In this document: piece by piece, positions 26,314 to 30,582 of the stretch
Numbering within the stretch: the first letter of the stretch is position 1
Layout: each line of letters begins with the position of its first letter
Source: a virus
Taxonomy: Duplodnaviria > Caudoviricetes
Virus record (IMG/VR): IMGVR_UViG_3300034106_005968
Span: 1 to 30,582 of that record
Reading direction: 5' to 3' (one strand)
DNA length: 30,582 nucleotides
Program-made: the position numbers and the translations under genes
The notes under the pieces: model-generated
Told to the model about the DNA's origin: nothing
Database searches by the model: none
What the model saw: the letters and a program-made list of their open reading frames with translations, nothing else

Positions 26314-26478
26314 ATGAGTCGTTTAATTTTAAATAAAAAATATGGTAATATAGCTAGGACTATTATTAAAAAAACAAATACTGGTGGCAAAAGATTAGTT
26401 GTAGCTCCTAGACCACCTACAATCTCAAATATTACTAGTGGTAGTAGTGGTGGTGGAATTGGTGGAGGAGGAATATAA
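26314..26478 (+). CDS. 54-aa basic, Ser/Gly-tailed peptide, not in the ORF track
   Basis: MSRLILNKKYGNIARTIIKKTNTGGKRLVVAPRPPTISNITSGSSGGGIGGGGI*; TAATG overlap with the next gene. Confidence 0.65.
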   Translation: MSRLILNKKYGNIARTIIKKTNTGGKRLVVAPRPPTISNITSGSSGGGIGGGGI

Positions 26479-27299
26479 TGAATGTTTATATGTCTCTTTG
26501 GACCAAAGCATTCAGAAAATGGGATGTAGATAAAAGTATATGGAAATTATCTTTAGCTCTAGCAAATAAACATTATGGTAAAGTTCATTTAATATCAGAT
26601 AAATTAGGTTGTGAATTTTTAAATGATCTACCATTTGCCTCTTTTTCTGAAGAGTTAGAAAATATACCAAATTTTCCATTAATCTGGTGTTTGGGAAAAA
26701 TATATGCTTATAATATAGCATCACAAAAGGGACATTTTCTACATCTAGATGGCGATGTTTTATTGTGGGAACCTTTACCAGAAAATTTAGTTAATTCAGA
26801 TATTTTTGCTCAGTCCCCAGATAACCCATTTGATTCTAACGTCTATAAAATGGATGCTTTTAAAAAGATTCCAGAAGTTTGGGAAAAATATAAAAATAAT
26901 TCATCTTTAATTCAGCCATATAACATGGGCATCTTTGGAGGCAAAGATATTAATAATATTAAAAAATATTGTGAATTTGTATTAAGCATAGTTAATGACC
27001 CACAACTTAAGGATACATGGGATAGTCATGGAGAGATGCATATACAGAAAAATTGCTTAATAGAACAAGGAAATCTTGGCATTTTCTTATATGAAAATAA
27101 TTTGAAGATAAATACTTTACTAAAAAGTCTAGATGATAAAGAAAATCTTTCTTATAAAAAATATAGTCATTTAATGATGCAAAAAGAATCTGAAGTTATT
27201 AGACAGAATATAACAAAAAGATTAAATCAAAATCCTTATGATTTAGAACCCAAGAATGTTCCCATAGAACAATGGAATAAAAATTTCAATGCTAAATAA
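26478..27299 (+). CDS. GT-A-fold glycosyltransferase-like protein (DUF6734-like)
   Basis: WCLGKIYAY, FLHLDGDVLLW (DxD), YNMGIFGG and IEQ motifs. Confidence 0.65.
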   Translation: MNVYMSLWTKAFRKWDVDKSIWKLSLALANKHYGKVHLISDKLGCEFLNDLPFASFSEELENIPNFPLIWCLGKIYAYNIASQKGHFLHLDGDVLLWEPLPENLVNSDIFAQSPDNPFDSNVYKMDAFKKIPEVWEKYKNNSSLIQPYNMGIFGGKDINNIKKYCEFVLSIVNDPQLKDTWDSHGEMHIQKNCLIEQGNLGIFLYENNLKINTLLKSLDDKENLSYKKYSHLMMQKESEVIRQNITKRLNQNPYDLEPKNVPIEQWNKNFNAK

Positions 27300-27915
27300 A
27301 AAATCTCTTGATCTTATTCTCGAATTTGAAGTTGGTGGTGGAGAAAACTACTACAATAAATTTTTAAAAAATCCAGCATGGCCAGGAGAGCAAAGCGGAG
27401 TTACAATTGGTGTTGGTTATGATCTTGGATATATAAATAAAACAGAATTCACAAATGATTGGAAAGATCTTCCTCAAAAAGATTTTGATAGATTATATAA
27501 AGTAGTTGGAATAAAAGGCATAGCCGCAAAAAATCTTATTAGAGGATTAAAAGATATAACTATTCCTTGGGATCTTGCACTAAAAGTATTTAATAATAAA
27601 ACAGTAACAAAGTTCTATAATTTGACGCAACAAACTTTTCCTAATTTTGATAATCTTCCAGAAGATGCAAAAGGCGGATTAGTTAGTCTTGTATTTAATA
27701 GAGGAGCAGCTTTAGAAGGTGATCGTCGCCGCGAAATGAAATTAATACGAGATGGTATGAAATTAGTATCTAATTATGATCAAAAAGCACTATCTTTTAT
27801 TGCTAATCAAATTAGGAACATGAAAAGAATATGGATTGGTGGAAGTATAGAAAAAGGAATGAGTAGACGACGAGATGCAGAAGCTAAATTAATTGAAGAT
27901 TCATTAAAAGTGTAA
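27289..27915 (+). CDS. Endolysin (lysozyme/pesticin C-terminal-like muramidase)
   Basis: FEVGG...WPGEQSGVTIGVGYDLG, LVSLVFNRG and RRRDAEAKL motifs. Confidence 0.88.
   Translation: MLNKKSLDLILEFEVGGGENYYNKFLKNPAWPGEQSGVTIGVGYDLGYINKTEFTNDWKDLPQKDFDRLYKVVGIKGIAAKNLIRGLKDITIPWDLALKVFNNKTVTKFYNLTQQTFPNFDNLPEDAKGGLVSLVFNRGAALEGDRRREMKLIRDGMKLVSNYDQKALSFIANQIRNMKRIWIGGSIEKGMSRRRDAEAKLIEDSLKV
27910..27915 (+). promoter_or_regulatory. GTGTAA motif overlapping the endolysin stop
   Basis: N8 to GTG 27924. Confidence 0.65.
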
Positions 27916-27923
27916 TAATATTT

Positions 27924-28073
27924 GTGAAAAAACTAATATTAATATTACCATTATTTTTATTAATAAGCTGTTCAGAACCAAATTTAGATAGTAGAGAATT
28001 ACCAACTAAATATCCAGAAACTCCAACTATGGGTTCTGCAGATGATGCTAGTAGAGAATTGTATAATAAATAA
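27924..28073 (+). CDS. 49-aa lipoprotein, not in the ORF track
   Basis: MKKLILILPLFLLISCSEPNLDSRELPTKYPETPTMGSADDASRELYNK*; lipobox LISC; GTG start at motif spacing. Confidence 0.78.
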   Translation: MKKLILILPLFLLISCSEPNLDSRELPTKYPETPTMGSADDASRELYNK

Positions 28074-28093
28074 TTTAAATTAATTAAATTAGA

Positions 28094-28099
28094 GTGTAA
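28094..28099 (+). promoter_or_regulatory. GTGTAA motif upstream of the head operon
   Basis: 13 nt before ATG 28113. Confidence 0.55.
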
Positions 28100-28112
28100 C
28101 ATATGTAAATAT

Positions 28113-28697
28113 ATGAGTATTAATTCAGAACAATATGGCTTTGACTTGATTAAAGCTAAAAGATCTGGTCCAAAATCTGGAGCTCAAACTCCAGCAAAAC
28201 CATCTGAAAGACGCAAAGGCTCATCTAAAAATAAACCTGGTAGCGCAGGAACAAAAAGCGATAAGGCAATTGAGTTTTCTAAAAAAGTTATAGAAGCTCT
28301 GAAAAGCAAAGTCAAAGAACACAATAGTAAAAATAAAAAGAAAGTTACATTAGGTCAATTAAAAAAAGTTTTTAGAAGAGGCGCTGGAGCGTTCTCTTCA
28401 TCTCACAGACCAGGATTATCAAGAGTTGCTTGGGCTATGGCTAGAGTAAATATGTTTCTTAAAATGGTAAGAGGTGGAAAAGTAAAAGATTCTTACAGAA
28501 AAGCAGATAGTGATATTGCAAGAGCATCAACTAATAATTACATCATAGAAGCTAATTTAGATCCAGATGATGAAGATTTTAATGAAGCAGATATAGATAT
28601 CAAAAATTACAATTTAGGTGATTTTGATTTTGTTAGCGCCGACGAACTTTATCTTGATGATGAAGACGAAGGTTTTAATTTTACTTTTGAGGTATAA
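28113..28697 (+). CDS. Basic head-associated phage protein (DUF5824-like motif) with acidic tail
   Basis: LKKVFRRGAGAFSSSHRPG...WAMARVNMFL motif; directly upstream of the protease gene. Confidence 0.6.
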   Translation: MSINSEQYGFDLIKAKRSGPKSGAQTPAKPSERRKGSSKNKPGSAGTKSDKAIEFSKKVIEALKSKVKEHNSKNKKKVTLGQLKKVFRRGAGAFSSSHRPGLSRVAWAMARVNMFLKMVRGGKVKDSYRKADSDIARASTNNYIIEANLDPDDEDFNEADIDIKNYNLGDFDFVSADELYLDDEDEGFNFTFEV

Positions 28698-28699
28698 TT

Positions 28700-30235
28700 A
28701 TGGAATTTAAATATAATACAACTTTTGCTAATCTTCAATTGAAGCCAATAGTTAGCGAAGAAAAAGATAAATATTTATCAGTAGCATCTTTAAGTGCTTT
28801 GAGAAAATTTTTACCACAAATAGATTCAGAGAAGAATATAGATCTTCTTCCAATAGCTTTTGATGCTTGTGTAGTAAATAGAGTCAATAAAAATGGCGAT
28901 GTGATAAACGCTGAAACCGCTTATGAAGTCGCTAAGTATTTTATTAATAAACCAATTAATATTGAACACGATAGAACAAGAGTGGTTGGTTGTATATTAA
29001 ATGCTAACTTCAGTAAATTCGGCTCTAATGAATCTCTTGCAGAATTAGATATTAAAGATATGAAAGAACCATTTAATATTACTTTAGGTGGAGTTATATG
29101 GAAAGTAGTTAATCAAAATCTAGCTAATTTAATAGAAGAGAGCAACGATCCGACTAGTGAAAATTACATGGGTATATCAGCTTCTTGGGAACTTGGATTT
29201 AATGATTATAATTTAGTGCTTTTAAAAGATAAAGAGAAAAATTTAGAAAATGGTAAGATTGTATCTTCTGAGCAAGAAAAAGCTAAACTATCATCTAATT
29301 TGAAAGCTCTTGGTGGTTCTGGAAGAATCAATGAAAATACTTATATTTATAGAGAGGTAACTGGTGAAGTTGTCCCTCTTGGCATAGGCTTAACTATTAA
29401 TCCAGCAGCAGACGTTGAAGGAGTAGCAGTTAAGCAAGAAAATAATGATGAAATATCAAAAGTTGAACAAAATCAATCAGATATTCAAATATCTGAAGAA
29501 ATTGTTGAAGAAAATAATATTTCACATTCAGACGAAAATAATGTAAAGGATATTAAGATAATAGAGAGAATTATTATGAAAATAGAAAATATTAACCAAA
29601 TAACCGATGATCTTCTTAAAGAAGTTAAGGCTTCGTCCATAACTGATTTTATTAATGAAGAACTTAAAAAAGCTAGCGAAACTTTCGTTGCTGAAAAAAC
29701 AGAAAAAGAAACTCTTCTAAAAGAAGTCGAAGCAAAAAATGCTTCACTCGCAGAAGAGAGCGAAAAGTTAAAAACTGAAATAGCTAATATCAAAGCTAAT
29801 TTAGAGAAGCTAGAAGAAGAAAAAAATGCTAAACTAAAAGAAGAAACATTCAATGTTCGTATGGCTTCTTTTGACGAAGAATTCGAATTGAACGATGAAG
29901 ATCGCCAAGTTTTAGCTACAGATATTAAAGATTTAGAAGAAGATGCTTTTGCTGCCTATAAGAAGAAAATGGCAGTTCTCATGAAAGAGAAAAACAAATC
30001 TACTAAAAAAGCCAAAGAAGATGAAATGAAAAAGAATATGGCCTCTATAGTAGAAGAAGTAAAAGCTTCAACCGATTTGGAAAAATCTACAACCGAAGTT
30101 GTAGATGAGGTAATAGACAATTCCAAACTTGAAAAAAGTTCATTACCAAACTCTTCAACAGCTACTGATGCTACTGTAAAAGAAAAATACAGTAGAGCAT
30201 TTAGCTTCGAAGAAGGATTTATACTAAATAAATAA
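28700..30235 (+). CDS. Prohead protease-scaffold fusion
   Basis: NKNGD, FINKPINIEHDR (His) and ASWELGF (Ser) motifs; long E/K coiled-coil C-terminal half. Confidence 0.75.
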   Translation: MEFKYNTTFANLQLKPIVSEEKDKYLSVASLSALRKFLPQIDSEKNIDLLPIAFDACVVNRVNKNGDVINAETAYEVAKYFINKPINIEHDRTRVVGCILNANFSKFGSNESLAELDIKDMKEPFNITLGGVIWKVVNQNLANLIEESNDPTSENYMGISASWELGFNDYNLVLLKDKEKNLENGKIVSSEQEKAKLSSNLKALGGSGRINENTYIYREVTGEVVPLGIGLTINPAADVEGVAVKQENNDEISKVEQNQSDIQISEEIVEENNISHSDENNVKDIKIIERIIMKIENINQITDDLLKEVKASSITDFINEELKKASETFVAEKTEKETLLKEVEAKNASLAEESEKLKTEIANIKANLEKLEEEKNAKLKEETFNVRMASFDEEFELNDEDRQVLATDIKDLEEDAFAAYKKKMAVLMKEKNKSTKKAKEDEMKKNMASIVEEVKASTDLEKSTTEVVDEVIDNSKLEKSSLPNSSTATDATVKEKYSRAFSFEEGFILNK

Positions 30236-30247
30236 GGAGATAAAAAT

Positions 30248-30582
30248 ATGGCACATAATCTAAGACCATTTAGAGATTACAGTGAGCATGAAGTTGTTAA
30301 CTATTTCACATACAGTGGAGCAAATGAATCCGCTGCAGTAGTTAAAACAAAAGGCGCTGTAGTTAAAGTCGTTGCACCTGGCTTTCAACCATTCAGTACT
30401 GGTTTGCTAGGTAGTAACCCAATCGAATCCCTCGGTTCAGTTGGAGCTAGTTTCGGTAACACAGAATCTGATCGTTACGGCGCAGTTGCTAAAGTAACTG
30501 TTGCTAGTTCTGGCGATCAACCACTAGGTATCACCCTAATGGATGTACGCGAATTAGATGAAAACGGCGAAAGACTAGTTTT
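30248..30582 (+). CDS. Head structural protein (decoration/cement-like), truncated by the window end
   Basis: AAGGAG SD; MAHNLRPFRDYSEHEVVNYF...PLGITLMDVRELDENGERLV open to the edge; follows the protease/scaffold gene. Confidence 0.65.
   Translation, partial: MAHNLRPFRDYSEHEVVNYFTYSGANESAAVVKTKGAVVKVVAPGFQPFSTGLLGSNPIESLGSVGASFGNTESDRYGAVAKVTVASSGDQPLGITLMDVRELDENGERLV

Larger units (their letters stand above)
1..30582 (+). mobile_element. Tailed dsDNA bacteriophage genome segment (late/structural, packaging and lysis region)
   Basis: Terminase, portal-like, prohead protease/scaffold, fibre and endolysin genes; dense co-oriented ORFs; no host core genes and no integrase in the window. Confidence 0.96.

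Noticed and set aside
27884-28102. 72-aa minus-strand ORF
   Set aside because: The plus-strand lipoprotein 27924..28073 has a lipobox and motif-spaced start and explains the region better
29485-29853. 122-aa minus-strand ORF
   Set aside because: Antisense shadow of the scaffold coiled coil
1-30582. Stop-codon reassignment
   Set aside because: Long intact ORFs under code 11; TAA, TGA and TAG all end genes at sensible positions
1-30582. CRISPR array, tRNA or rRNA
   Set aside because: No regularly spaced repeats or cloverleaf-like intergenic sequence; intergenic gaps are short and AT-rich

Overview
AT-rich segment of a large tailed dsDNA bacteriophage. Genes are dense and almost all on the + strand, and no host housekeeping genes, tRNA, rRNA or CRISPR array were seen. 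It contains the late/morphogenesis region: a phage sigma factor, ERCC4-like nuclease, terminase large subunit, portal, duplicated fibre modules, a tail-tube-like protein, a lysis cassette, prohead protease/scaffold and the start of a head protein. The most unusual part is 3481-11064: a membrane-anchored Cys-His-Asp enzyme followed by a tandem array of five PEP-CTERM (exosortase-substrate) surface-protein genes. These are built as cassettes with shared AT-rich leaders and PEP tails around variable, GC-richer, host-like passenger domains. One cassette is empty, two have a non-canonical tail, and one passenger domain recurs inside a virion fibre-type protein. The passenger style points to a PVC host, probably Verrucomicrobia (inference). 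A strict GTGTAA-N8-start motif occurs nine times, suggesting a phage-sigma late promoter that makes leaderless mRNAs, and it reveals several small genes missing from the ORF track. All family assignments come from motif recognition by eye, not database searches.
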